DNA of 64,000 bases from contig CM060732.1 in NCBI GenBank assembly GCA_030704615.1, forward strand, positions 44,330,001 to 44,394,000, read 5' to 3'. A program made the translations under genes and the position numbers. The notes beneath the pieces are model-generated. The model had not been told where the DNA came from, ran no database searches, and worked only from the letters and a program-made list of their open reading frames with translations. Below, one piece after another: positions 12,600-24,535 of the stretch (the stretch's first letter is position 1; each line of letters starts with the position of its first letter). The DNA is from Takakia lepidozioides. Lineage: Eukaryota; Plantae; Bryophyta.

Positions 12600-13250
12600 A
12601 CCTTTGTGACCTCCCACAGGCACAGGCATGCAGAAATAGAACCCCTCTCAACCACACTTAGCATACATGTTAACAAGGGTGTGCAGCAGAAGGACATTTG
12701 GCCTGAATCCACTTTTGACTGTGGATGTGCAGCTGCTTTTCTTGAGCCATGTCTTTTATTTTCATGCACTCTTGCAAGAGACATACATATGTATTGGAGT
12801 CTGGTCGCATGCCTGGTTTGTTCAAAAGGTGCACTGCCTCTTCCAGTCGGCCTACTTTACATAGTATCCTCAAATACCCACGAGTGCTAGAAGGGTCCCT
12901 GTTGACTCCCTCTTTCGGTCCTCTAAATTCTGAAATATCTCTTCATGGGGACAGGCTTCTAGCTACTTATCAACAGTTGTACAGCTACTTAAAGCCATCT
13001 ACTTGACAATAAACTGTTAGAGTTTTATCTCTTTTGAGTTGGAACCCTCAAATACCTGTGGTGTTCTCTGTCCTGAGCTCCATGCGGTAAAGAACCATCA
13101 GCATATTGTGTTTGACCTTGTATCTTATCCAAGAAGAGGTCAACTAGCTCTCAATCCAAGGACCTCCTTTGTACGCTTCTTCAAATCCGGTGATCTCGGA
13201 TTTTTCGGTGAAAACCACTGGTGGGCAGCTGAGCAGCAAGACTTTTGATC
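12600..13250 (-). pseudogene. Diverged PDF-PPR paralogue fragment: PDF motif, probable intron, linker and first PPR repeats
   Basis: ~13205-13120 reads KNPRSPDLK-KRTKEVL/WIES*LTSSWI (frameshifted PDF motif). ~12930-12670 reads GPKEGVNRDPSSTRGYLRILCKVGRLEEAVHLLNKPGMRPDSNTYVCLLQECMK. Confidence 0.65.
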
Positions 13251-13823
13251 ACAACCTCATCTATACCCAGCTACAACTACCAAAGCTCCACAAACATTGC
13301 TTTAAACAACAGGCCACAAACTTTGAGCAAGCCACCTTCAGTGCTGTATCAGAATAATTCAACCACTAGCAGCTGTGACTTGAGATGAAACTTTAGGGCC
13401 GATTCTGATAAGAGGGAAAAACAACGTGAAATGTGTTGAAGAAGGTGACACAACAACAAATGCTCAGAAGATGAGAACAAAACAGCCTTGTTGGATCCAC
13501 CTGTCAGTAGCAGTCCCCTTGTGCCATAGCCATATTTAAGTGTGCAAGCAGTTCATATGAAGAACTCTCTAAGATTTTCAGTCTGTCTTTAAAGCAATTG
13601 ACCCCTCACATGTGACAATTGGTACAGAATGAAGAGCAGTATATAGAGGGATGCAACTATACCACTAGGGCAGCTTAGAACCTTCTGAACTTTGTCAACA
13701 TGAATCAAACGAGTCAGGCATGACATCACCTTGAGTAGCAGTGCCTGATTTTATCAATTGTGCCGCTGCTGCTGCGGCTTCCAGTTGACCATCTACCCAT
13801 GCAGGTTTCTTGTATGCTGCACG

Positions 13824-14550
13824 TTATGCTACATCCACATTACCAAAAATTCTGCAGGCACCAAGCAAGGCCCCCCACACTGCAGGATCTGGTTCATTTG
13901 GCATTCTTTTAATTAAGTCCTCTGCCTCATTCAGGTGGCCTGCACAGCCAATGAGGTCTACCACGCAGCCAAAATGCTCCACTTTGGGAGTGAGCCCATG
14001 ATCCCGACTCATGGAATCAAAGTAATGGCAACCTTCATCCACCAGGCCCACATGACTACATGTAGAGAGAACATATGTAAAGGTGATACTGCTTGGCTTC
14101 ATGCCTTCTTGTTGCATTTCTTCAAACAGTTGCAGAACGTCTCCGCCACACCCATGCTGAGCATATCCTGCAATAATCGCACTCCACGAGACCACAATCC
14201 CGTTCAACCATGTTGTCGAACACTTGGCGAGAATGTTTCAAGCTCCCACACTTGACATACATGTTAACGAGGGTATTCTCGAGAATGTTGTCTGTCAGTA
14301 TTCCAGCTTTAAGGATGTCCGCATGGACCTCTATGCCCTTTTCCAGGGCTGCCAGGCTGGCAGCCGCCTTCAGAACACAAATAAAGGTAACCTTATCAGG
14401 CAACACCCCTTCTCGTATCATCTGCTCATAGCTCTCGAAAGCCTCCCTACTACACCCCTGCTGAGATATCCTGATATCGGACAAGGATATCACCTGGGTG
14501 CTACTGCTCAAGGTATACATATCCACCAGGGCAGTGTTCAGAATGACATC
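13824..14550 (-). pseudogene. PLS-PPR C-terminal array with E1 motif (RNA-editing-factor type), frameshifted and truncated
   Basis: VVSWSAIIAGYAQHG..FEEMQQEGMKPSSITFTYVLSTCSHVGLVDEG..EHFGCVVDLIGCAGHLNEAEDLIKRMPNEPDPAVWGALLGACRIFGNV; upstream repeats in ORF 14122-14568. Confidence 0.9.
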
Positions 14551-14559
14551 TGGTAATCT

Positions 14560-15900
14560 GACAGGCATTCACCTTTCCCACCATTGACCGGGGTCAGAAA
14601 AGTATTAATTCCACAACTCCTCCTGTTTTTGGATATTTTCCTGTTGTCGCATTGGCAGTATCATGTCAAAGTCACTCCAAACTAGATTCACTCAACCAGC
14701 TAACTTGCAGAATTCAACATGGAAATTTAGGGCCAATTCTGATAAGAGGGAAAAACAGGGTGAAATTTGTTGAAGAAGGTACCTTCATTAGCGGTGAATC
14801 TGGACCCACACTCTATCCCCTGCTCCTTCAGCTATCCATGCACAAATCATGCATACATCCTTGCGTTGCTGCTAGCAACTGACAATGACAGCCTAGATTT
14901 TTTCGAGGAAACACCCAACTCAACTTATCACACTAGTTCCTATGCTCAATTTCATCTCCTACTCTCTGTAACAGGCATTCACCTTTTTGCCTCGATTGTC
15001 CCACCATTGACTGGGGTCAGAAAAGTATTAATTCCACAACTTCTCCTCGTCTCTGTTACCTGTTTTTGGATACGTTCCCATTGTCGCATTGGCAGTATCA
15101 TGTCAAAGTCACTCCAAACTAGATTCACTTAACCAGCTAGTAACTTGCAGAATTCAACATGGAAATTTAGGGCCAATTCTGATAAGAGGGAAAAACAGGG
15201 TGAAATGTGTTGAAGAAGGTGCCTTCATTAGCAGTGAATCTGGACCCACACTCTATCCCCTGATCCTTCAGCTATCCATGCACAAATCATGCATACATCC
15301 TTGCATTGCTGCTAGCACCTGACAATGATAGCCTAGATTTTTTCGAGGAAACACCCAACTCAACTTATCACACTAGTTCCTATGCTCAATTGCATCTCCT
15401 ACTCTGTAACAGGCATTCACCTTTTTGCCTCGATTGTCCCACCATTGACTGGGGTCAGAAAAATATTAATTCCACAACTTCTCCTCGTCTCTGTTACCTG
15501 TTTTTGGATAATTTCCTGTTGTTGCATTGGCAGTATCATGTCAAAGTCACTCCAAACTAGATTCACTCAACCAGCTAACTTGCAGAATTCAACATGGAAA
15601 TTTAGGGCCGATTCTGATAAGAGGGAAAAACAGGGTGAAATGTGTTGAAGAAGGTGCCTGAATCTGGACCCACACTCTATCCACTGCTCCTTCAGCTATC
15701 TATGCACAAATCATACATACATCCTTGCGTTGTCGCCAGCAGCTGACAATGACAGCCTAGATTTTTTCGAGGAAACACCCAACTCAACTTATCACACTAG
15801 TTCCTATGCTCAATTTCATCTCCTGCTCTCTGTAACATGCATTCACCTATTTGCCTCGATTGTCCCACCATTGACTGGGGTCAGAAAAGTATTCATTCCA
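14560..15900 (-). repeat. ~430-bp tandem repeat (3+ units) of a PDF half-exon, its intron and linker
   Basis: ca(g/t)gcattcacc recurs at ~14562, 14972, 15410 and 15836. The fuller units encode LWNxYFSDPSQWWDNRGKK followed by the donor gtgaat on the minus strand. Confidence 0.85.
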
Positions 15901-16269
15901 CATGTTACCTGTTTCTGGAACCTGCGTTCATTCCAAAGCTTCTCCTCATCTCTGTTATCTGTTTTTGGATACTTTCCTGCTGCCACATCGGCAGTAACTT
16001 GTCAAAGTCACTCCAAACCACCACATATCCACCCAACGAGCTAACTTACAGAATTCAATATGCATCTCAGGGCCGAGTCTGATGAGAGGGCGAAACAGGC
16101 TGAAATAGGTCGAACAAGAAGGTGGATCCTCACCACCTTGTCCTTGACCTTGTGTCATGACCCATGGAGGATTTGACCGACCATCAACCCAGAAGGACCT
16201 CTTGTGTGTGCTGCTTGTGTCTGTAGTCAGGTAATGCCAGATTGGATGTCACCCCTTCCCATATCATTC

Positions 16270-17150
16270 GCTCATGTCTCCAAAGCCTCCCTACCACATC
16301 CATGCTGGGCATATCCTGAAATCATTACACTCCATGAGACCACATCTCGTTCGCCATATTTTCAAACACTTGACATACATCTGTTAAGTTCCCGCACTTG
16401 GCATACATGTCAACAAGGGTATTCTGCAGAATGATATTGGGCTTAATTCCATATTTGATGATGTCAGCATGGATCTCTGTGCCTTTTTCCAGGTCCACCA
16501 GGCTAGCACATGCATTGAGAACGCACACAAACGTTACCTGGTTGGGCATAACCCCTTTTTGTATCATTTGCTCATAGATCTCCAAAGCCTTTTTACCACA
16601 TCCAAGCTGAGCATATCCTGCGATCATCGCACTTCATGAGACCACATTTTGTCGAGCCATATTGTCAAACACTAGATGCGCATCCGTCATGTTCCCACAT
16701 TTGGCATACATGTTAGCAAGAGCAGTTTCCAGGACGATATTTGGCTCAATTCTGGTTTTGATAATACCAGCGTGGATCTTTTTGCCCTTTTCCAGGTCTG
16801 CCAGGCTGCCACATGCATTGAGAACGGAAGTGAATGTGACTTTGTCCGGTACCCACTCTTCCCATATCATTTGCTCATAGGTCTCCAAGGTGACCACACC
16901 CTTGCTGAGCATATCCTGCAGCAATCGTTGCACAATGAAACCACATCTCGTCCAGCCATATTGTCGAAAATTCGACGGGCCTCCTTCATGCTCCTGCACT
17001 TGGCCTACATGGCAGCAAGGGCAGTCTCTAGAATGACATTTGGTGCAATTCCAGCTTTCAAAATGTCAGCTTGGACCTATTTTCCCTTTTCCAGGGCACC
17101 TATGCTGGCACATGCCTTGAGAGTAGAATGAACGTGACCTTGGAGGGCAC
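16270..17150 (-). pseudogene. PLS-PPR repeat fragment
   Basis: ORFs 16325-16627 and 16634-16999: MIAGYAQLGCGKKALEIYEQMIQKGVMPNQVTFVCVLNACASL..NTLVDMYAKCG; frameshifts present. Confidence 0.9.
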
Positions 17151-17489
17151 GGCCTGCTAAGACCAAGCTTACTCTCCCAAAAACCTTGTAAACATCATGA
17201 AGAATACCAAATCATGGTACCCAACGAGCTAACTTACAGAATTCAATATGCATCTCAGGGCCGAGTCTGATGAGAGGGCAAAACAGGCTGAAATAGGTCG
17301 AAGAAGGTGCCCTCACCACATTGTCCTTGACCTTGTGTCATGACCCATGGAGGATTTGGCCGACCATTAACCCAAAAGGACCTCTTGTGTGTGCTGCTTG
17401 TGTCTGTAGTCAGGTAATGTCGGATTGGTATGTAACAACCACCACGGTGCAGCTGAGCAGGCAGAGATTGAACTAAGATTTGCAGGCTG

Positions 17490-18180
17490 GACAAGGGTGT
17501 TGAGTAGAAAAACATTTGTTGTGAATCCACTTTGGATAATGTGAGTGTGCACATGCTTTCCAGCTTCCAGACCTTCCATCTTCATGCACTTAAGCAAGAG
17601 ACAGACATATGAATCTGAATCTGCTGAAATGCCTCCTTGGTTTGAAGTCTGTAGAGCCTCTGTCAGGCTGCCTGCCGCACAAAGTATCTTCACATGCCCA
17701 GAAGTGCCAGAAGAGGCATTGTGGACTCCCTCTCTTGATCCTCTTTCAGAAGCTGTGGTCATGGTTGAGGTGCCTGATTCTATCAACTGTGCCGCTGCAG
17801 CTGCTGCCTTTAGTTGACCATCTACCCATGCAGGTTTATTGTAGCTATTGATCCACATGGAATCATAGGTCATCTGGAGCTTGAAGTCGGCCCTCTTGGA
17901 TGAACCTATCCACCCACACACTATCCCTGCTCCTTAGCTATCCATGCCTCTGCACAAATCATGCATACATCCTTGCCTTGCTGCTATCAGCTGACAATGA
18001 CAGCCTAGATTTGTTCTAGGAAACACCCAACTCAACATATCACTCTAGTTCCTATCCTCAATTGCATCTGCTACTCTGTGTAATCCAACAGGCATTCACC
18101 TTTTGCCTCCATTGTCCCACCATTGACTGGGGTCAGAAAAGTATTCATTCCACAGCCTCTCCTCGTCTCTGTTACCTGTT
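17490..18180 (-). pseudogene. PDF motif (split by intron 17906-18099) fused through a linker to the start of a PLS-PPR array
   Basis: DEERLWNEYFSDPSQWWDN..K|GT..AG|VHPR(G/frameshift)DFKLQMTYDSMWINSYNKPAWVDGQL, then a linker, then LCAAGSLTEAL..DSYVCLLLKC..GKHVHTHIIQSGFTTNVFLLNTLV. One frame is open from DFK into the PPR (ORF 17367-17921). Confidence 0.75.
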
Positions 18181-19420
18181 TCTGGATACGTCCCTGTTGT
18201 CACATTGGCAGTATCATGTCAAAGTCACTCCAAACTATCAACGGTTCACTTAACCAGCTAACTTGCAGAATTCAACATGAAAATTTAGGGCCGATTGTAA
18301 TAAGAGGGAAAAACAGGGTGAAATGTTTTGAAGAAGGTGCCTTCATTAGCAGTGCTTGAATTTGTCAATTGTACCGCTGCTGCTGCGGCTTCCAGTTGAC
18401 CATCTACCCATGCAGGTTTCTTGTAGCTATCCTTCCATAGGGAATCATAGGTGATCTGGAGCTTGAAATCCGGCCCTCTTGGATGAATCTGGACCCACAT
18501 CTCAGGGTCGAATCTGATGAGAGGGCAAAACAGGCTGAAATAGGTCGAAGAAGAAGGTGCCCTCACCACATTGTCCTTGACCTTGTTTCATGACCCATGG
18601 AGACCTGCTAGCAGCTGACACTGACCAACCCAATTCTGAATTACATCTGCTTCTCTCTGTAGTCCAACAGGCATTCAACTTTTTGTCTCCATTGTCCCCC
18701 CATTGACTGGGGTCGGAAAAATGTTCATTCCAAAGCTTGTCAGGGCCGAGTCTGCTGAGAGGGCAAAACAGGCTGAAACAGGTCGTAGAAAAAGGTGCCC
18801 TCACCACATTGTCCTTGACCTTGTGTCATGACCCATGGAGGATTTGGCCGACCATCAACCCAAAAGGACCTCTGTGTGTGCTCCTGCTGCGTACTCATAA
18901 TCTCTGAACTCCATCTGCGAATCGCAATTGGCCTCTGAAACCCCTCCTGCGGTTCAAGAAATCAAGACGCGGGGCAGTTTGGGCAGTTTCAAAACACTTG
19001 GCGCGAAATTATATTGGCGTTTTCCGGGCGGGCAGTTCGGGCAGATTCCAAAGAATTTGACGACGAAACGTGGCGACGAAAACGTGGCACTATGGCACCC
19101 TATTCCTGCTCTACGCTAAACTAGCTTCCGCCCTTCTGTCGTCGCTAGAATAATTTAATAACAACGCCCCCTTGCACCCTAAGCTCTGAAGTCTTTTTGG
19201 CTGTGTGCAGGTGTTCAGCGCGGGCCCGCATAAAGACACGGGCTTGCTTGATCCAAGGCAGCAGTTGCTACCCTACCGGGACCTACCATAGATTACTTGC
19301 TGAATGTGATAGCATGTTTTGGGCCGATCATGGTTTGGATCATGGTTGGTGGGAATCATCGGGAAGCATAAGTGTGTGCGTGTGACTAGCTGGTTTCTGA
19401 CCATTACTGCATGCCTGCAG

Positions 19421-20540
19421 GCATCTCTTTATTGACAACAAAGGGCTTCTTACGATCGGCCTTTATCCGGAGCACTGCCGCACGCCAAGAGAGCAACCAC
19501 CCATAGCTACTTTGGTTAGAGGAAGCGACCGGCAACCGTTAGCTTCAATATGTGAGCATCATGTACACATGAGAACGCTTATTTTTCTTGCTCAGTACTG
19601 AGAGATTAGACCTCCAGAGAAACTAATCGTAAGATAACACCACGAGGGCTAGTCCCAGGCTTCGGGAGGCAACGCAGTCATCTTAGACAAAGTAGGTAGG
19701 GGGAGTCATTCTATCAAGATACGTTGGACCTTCCCTCAGACCTTCCTAGAAGCATGATGAGATGGGCCTGCCCCAACCATTAAAGATCGATCCTTCATAA
19801 GCTTAAATGGGTGACATAAATCTCTAAAGCTTGTTTGATTTCTGTTGCTAGCAAAGCTATCAATTAAACAGATAGATTATATAGCAACTTGAAGTTGGTT
19901 GGGATGTAAAGTTATGTGATACACAGCCTTGCTGTAAAGGGTGGCGATCCCCATTCAATTTGGTCAAGTGAGGGAAACACAAGCACAAAATGGCATTTTT
20001 ATGATGCCGAAATCGGATGCTGGATGACGGACTGCATACAGATGTGACCATCAAAACTGCCAATGGGAGCATAGGTGCTCATCGGGCAATCCTGGCAGCA
20101 AGGTCTCCTCTCTTTGACAGAATGTTTGCTCACGATTTGAGTGAGAAGCAGTCATCTTCAGGAGCACATTCATATTAATGATATAACAGTCGAGGCTTGC
20201 CGGGCACTCTTGAGCTTCATGAATGTATTGCAGTCTTAATTACGAGAATTTCAAAGGCATAGAGTGGCCCTAGCTAGTCCGCGCAGCAGATAAGTTTAAC
20301 ATCTCTGATCTGACGGAGGCCTGCCACGAGGAAAGCTTGATATAGGATGTCAATGCCAAGAATGTATTGGCAAGCCAAGCTGACGCATGGCTTTATAGGT
20401 TGCCTCGGTTGAAGCGGGAATGTCTGCGCTATCTGCTAGAATTTGGCAGACTCTATGATATGTGGACAAAGTTTAATGAACTTTTCTTACAAGAGGTGGA
20501 TAAGGATTTGGTTGTAGAGATTTTCCAAGAACAAGTGAAC
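19421..20540 (+). pseudogene. BTB/POZ protein (At1g55760-like) pseudogene, copy 2: retains the BTB domain
   Basis: RMLDDGLHTDVTIKTANGSIGAHRAILAARSPLFDRMFAHDLSEKQSS..AADKFNISDLTEACHE..LYRLPRLKRECLRYLLEFGRLYD..VDKDLVVEIFQE; several frameshifts. Confidence 0.85.
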
Positions 20541-21474
20541 CTACTGAAATTACAATTATTTTTGCTTCGGATTCAGTTCGCTGTTTTCCCTACGTTTGTT
20601 CTACTTTGGATGTCCTGTCTTGTTTACCTCCAGGTTGAGAATAGTCATTGGGGACTATCCTCAAATGAGTCAAGGGGCCACTGTTGAGACTCAATCTGCG
20701 GTTTTGGTTGTGCACGAGCCTCCATTTTTCAGCACAGATCAGGCTACAAAATGCCGCACGTCAAGATTTTAAAAGTCAAGTATATAACAGGACTACACAG
20801 TGAAGGTGCTTTTGAGAGATGATGTAAAGACAATTTCGTTAGAATTTCTTTATCCAACAATAGGGGCAGTGTAATGATGTGGCCTTCTCTGGTTGATTAA
20901 TTTCGCTAGTACACAAGCCAACTGCTCTTTTGCATAATGGAGACACCCTTCTGAAAAGTGTTTGGATGCTGTACCAAAAAGTAACCGGTATATCTTGAAC
21001 TGAAATACTCAGTAGATGGCAGGGAGATGATGACGTGGTGGAATACTCATCAAAGTAAAGGTCTTGGAAAAAGGACAGTGGCACTCAATGTCAGCTACTC
21101 AGCAAGGGGATCTCTGGAGCCACTCGATTCCTGCTCAAGTCCTGGTGTGTATCAACGGAGAGTGACCCACATGCTCCTCGTGTGCTCCTCGCGTGCTCCA
21201 ATTTATCTTACAGTACAACTAAATTTCTGCTCTTTCTCGGGAGATCAATATGCAGACCTCTATCGACTCTTCTGTTTTTCATGCAAACCACGCACGACTA
21301 CATCAGCGGTCGGATTCCAGGAACCAATCAAAAGACGTCGACAGACGTCAGAATTGTTGCTTGGAGCACGCAAGCAGATTTCTCACGGGTCTGCCAATGG
21401 AGTACATCACAGTAACAACAGCAACGCTGTTGTCCTTTACGTGTTGGTAGACCTGACTCGTTACGGGTGATCAC

Positions 21475-22728
21475 ATGGAGGTCGGGTGGGGAGGAGGGCT
21501 AGCAGCAGCTTTCGCGGTCAGTTGGACAGCGGCAGCTTACTGTTACTGGTATGTGCGATCGCTGCCTAAAGGAGCTCCTCGGTTGCTGGCAAGTATTCCA
21601 GTCTTTGTTGCTTACGCAATTCTGCCTCTAGTTTTCAACAGGGAGACACATTTAATGGGGATGATACTTCATTATTGCATCTTCACATGGATAGGCTCCT
21701 TCAAGGTGCTGCTAATGTGCTGGGACCGGGGCCCCACATGCGACCCAGCTGTGTTAGCATCCTTTCTGCGGTTTGCTGTTGTCATGAGCTTCCCTGCACA
21801 CATCCGGAGACAGGGGAGGGTGGTGAAGCATGTGCCTGTTAGCACAACCTGGGTGGGTCATGTGATGGAAGCCGAGACGTGGTCGATGCTGGTAGTGCGC
21901 TCGGTCTTCAAATTCATGCTGGTGGTCGTGCTCCTTTCGTGGGTGCTCCCCTTCCGTGACTCCTTGCCACAGATTGTCATCTATGCTCTCTACACAATTG
22001 TGCTGTATCTATCTGCGACAATTGTGTTGGAGATGTCCGCCGCAATAGTCACCTCCCTGTCCGGAATCATCATGGCACCACAATTTGACAACCCATTTGC
22101 AGCCGCATCATTAGAGGAATTTTGGTCTCGCAGATGGAACGTTTTGGTTAGTAGCTCACTACGAGAAGTCGTCTATCAACCTGTGCTAGCCGCGCTAATA
22201 GGCAGGACGAGTAAACATGTGAAAAACAACACTTCCGAAGCACATCCAGGCAACCACAGCACAGCACTCAATAGCGGTGGTGCACTATCTCAAAGGTCGA
22301 GAAGAGAGAGTTCCATCAAAGGTGACAAGCTAGTTCCAGAAGGCCGACATGGCATTGACAAAGAGGATCACAACTATGGGGTGGCAAAGTTCTGGGCGAT
22401 GCTTGCAACGTTTTTTGTTTCGGGCATAGCTCATGAGCTCGGTGTATATTACTTGACCTTACGAGTGACAGGTGAGATGATAGCATTCTTCACCCTCCAT
22501 GGGCTGGCCTCCGGTTTGGAGGCAACTTGGAGTGCATATGCTCCAAAAACAAGGCCTCCAAAGGCAGTATGCAGGTTTCTTACTCTTGGGTTTTGTTTTC
22601 TCTCAGCCAGTTGGCTGTTTTGGCCTCCGCTTGCACGAGGACCTTTTCCAGAGGTCATTGCTGAACTGGAGAGAGCACGGTCAAATTTATCCGGCCAGTC
22701 ATTCAGTCGAAACTTGATTCTAGGATGA
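21475..22728 (+). CDS. MBOAT-family O-acyltransferase (wax synthase/ASAT-like), paralogue 2
   Basis: Intact 417-aa ORF with FWSRRWN and FFVSGIAHEL motifs; close paralogue of 3654-4871. Confidence 0.92.
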   Translation: MEVGWGGGLAAAFAVSWTAAAYCYWYVRSLPKGAPRLLASIPVFVAYAILPLVFNRETHLMGMILHYCIFTWIGSFKVLLMCWDRGPTCDPAVLASFLRFAVVMSFPAHIRRQGRVVKHVPVSTTWVGHVMEAETWSMLVVRSVFKFMLVVVLLSWVLPFRDSLPQIVIYALYTIVLYLSATIVLEMSAAIVTSLSGIIMAPQFDNPFAAASLEEFWSRRWNVLVSSSLREVVYQPVLAALIGRTSKHVKNNTSEAHPGNHSTALNSGGALSQRSRRESSIKGDKLVPEGRHGIDKEDHNYGVAKFWAMLATFFVSGIAHELGVYYLTLRVTGEMIAFFTLHGLASGLEATWSAYAPKTRPPKAVCRFLTLGFCFLSASWLFWPPLARGPFPEVIAELERARSNLSGQSFSRNLILG

Positions 22729-23749
22729 TTACACAATTATAATTTGCATTGCACAATGAATACCTGGGGAGAAGGAACCTGCTGAAAGGATAAAGATGTC
22801 TTTATGCTACAACTAGAGGACTTCTGAGTTCTATGAGTAATCTGGGATTGGCCATGGTACCCTGTTATCTATCCCGTAGTATCAATGAAATCTCAAATGT
22901 GTATGCGGAGGCGCATGGCACAATACAACCACCCATTGCACCTTTCCGTATGTCCTCTGTTGTATTTATCACCTCCCTCCGAGTTCGACTTGGTCTTTCG
23001 CATCCATCTCTATTAAGAGTACAACGGTGTGTTTGTCGCCATCCGGGCGTTGGTATCGCATCGCTTGAGCACAGCCCACGGTCATGGGAGTTTTATGATT
23101 ATTTAACCTAGGTCATAGGAGTTATATGTTTTCAGAATGGAATAAAACCATAAGCGGATATAGAGAACTAGTGCATTTATACAGTACATCTGGACCAATC
23201 CAACGAGGCGAAACCTTCATTAGTTTAGCCAGAAACCCTACTTGTAGCGACAGCGACCGGTTTCGCCTTGAGAAATACTTGGTGATATGGGCACAAACCT
23301 AAGCAGCGGTGGGTTTTGCAATGAGGAAAGAGAACCTTAAAAGAAAAACTATCGCAACAATTTCATGCAACGAAAACAAAATAGTTGCAATTGATACAAA
23401 ATACAATTCTAATGCTATTGAAATGTGATGCTAAATAGAACTCAAAAATGTATTTGTTCCCTTACCCGAAAATAACGCCAAACACACAATAAGTAGAAAA
23501 TATAGCGATATTGGTTGAAATGATTTACAGGACAATATAGACAAAATAACAAATGAGGATACTTTCGCTTACTGAAATTTCCTTTAGGAACGGAGTTAAC
23601 ATGTACATCTGTCATTTAGATCATCAATATAACAAGGATATTCCTTCTTGTGCCATGAATTTTAGCACAAAATCTGAGAAGGTCTCAGATTGTTTCACTT
23701 TGAGAAGATCAATGTCGACAATTTTTAGTAATGAATTCAAAGATTGAAA

Positions 23750-24535
23750 ATGGTTTCTCAATACAAAAGTTAAAACTATTGTCTTACACTGCTTTAGTTA
23801 GCATGCTTTTGAATCTATATGGAGGGTTATCACTGAGGGATTCGAACTCATTCGTCGTAAAAGAAAAGTTTCTCAACACAAAACTCTTGTTTGACAATGT
23901 TACAGTTTAAGAATCTGCACGCTTTAGAACCAATATAGAGGGATATTAACTCAGGGATATCAACTGCTTCGGAGTAGCAAAAGAGTTTCTTAACACGAAA
24001 CTATTCTCTAACAGTGTTTTAGTTCAGAAACCTGCATGCATTTGGAACAATAAGGAGGGATACGAACTGAAGGATTTGAACTCTTTCGCCTTGACAAAAG
24101 AGTTTTTCAACACAAAACTCTTCTTTGTCAGTGTCTTCGTTCAAAGCACTACATGTTTTTGAACAAATATGAAGGGATATGAACTAAAGGTTTTGAAATA
24201 CTTCGCCGTAACAAAAGAGTTTCTCAACACGAAACTCTTATCCGACTATGGTTGTGTACAAAAATCTGCATACTTTGAAACAATATGGAAGGATACGAAC
24301 TAAGGGATTTGAATTCATTCACCGTAAAAGAAGAATTTATCAACACAAAACTCTTGTCTGACAGTGTTATGGTTTAAGAATCTGCATGTTTTAGAACCTA
24401 TATGGAGGGATATTAACTCAGGGATATCAACTGCTTCAGCGTAGCAAAAGAGTTTCTCAACACGAAACTCTTCTCTAACAGTGTTTTTGTTAAAAAAACC
24501 TGTATGCATTTGGACCAATAAGAAGGGATACGAAT
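23750..24535. repeat. 117-bp tandem satellite, left part (interrupted by Gypsy 1)
   Basis: The unit marker t(g/a)gagggata occurs at about 23820, 23936, 24053, 24170, 24286, 24403 and 24521. Confidence 0.9.

Noticed and set aside
19040-19150. Helitron end bounding the PPR mosaic
   Set aside because: CTAG is present, but there is no convincing subterminal hairpin or matching 5' end.
23750-24535. Repeat arrays (117-bp, also 84-bp at 54.4 kb) as CRISPR-like
   Set aside because: Whole units are homologous with no unique spacers, the context is eukaryotic, and there are no cas genes.
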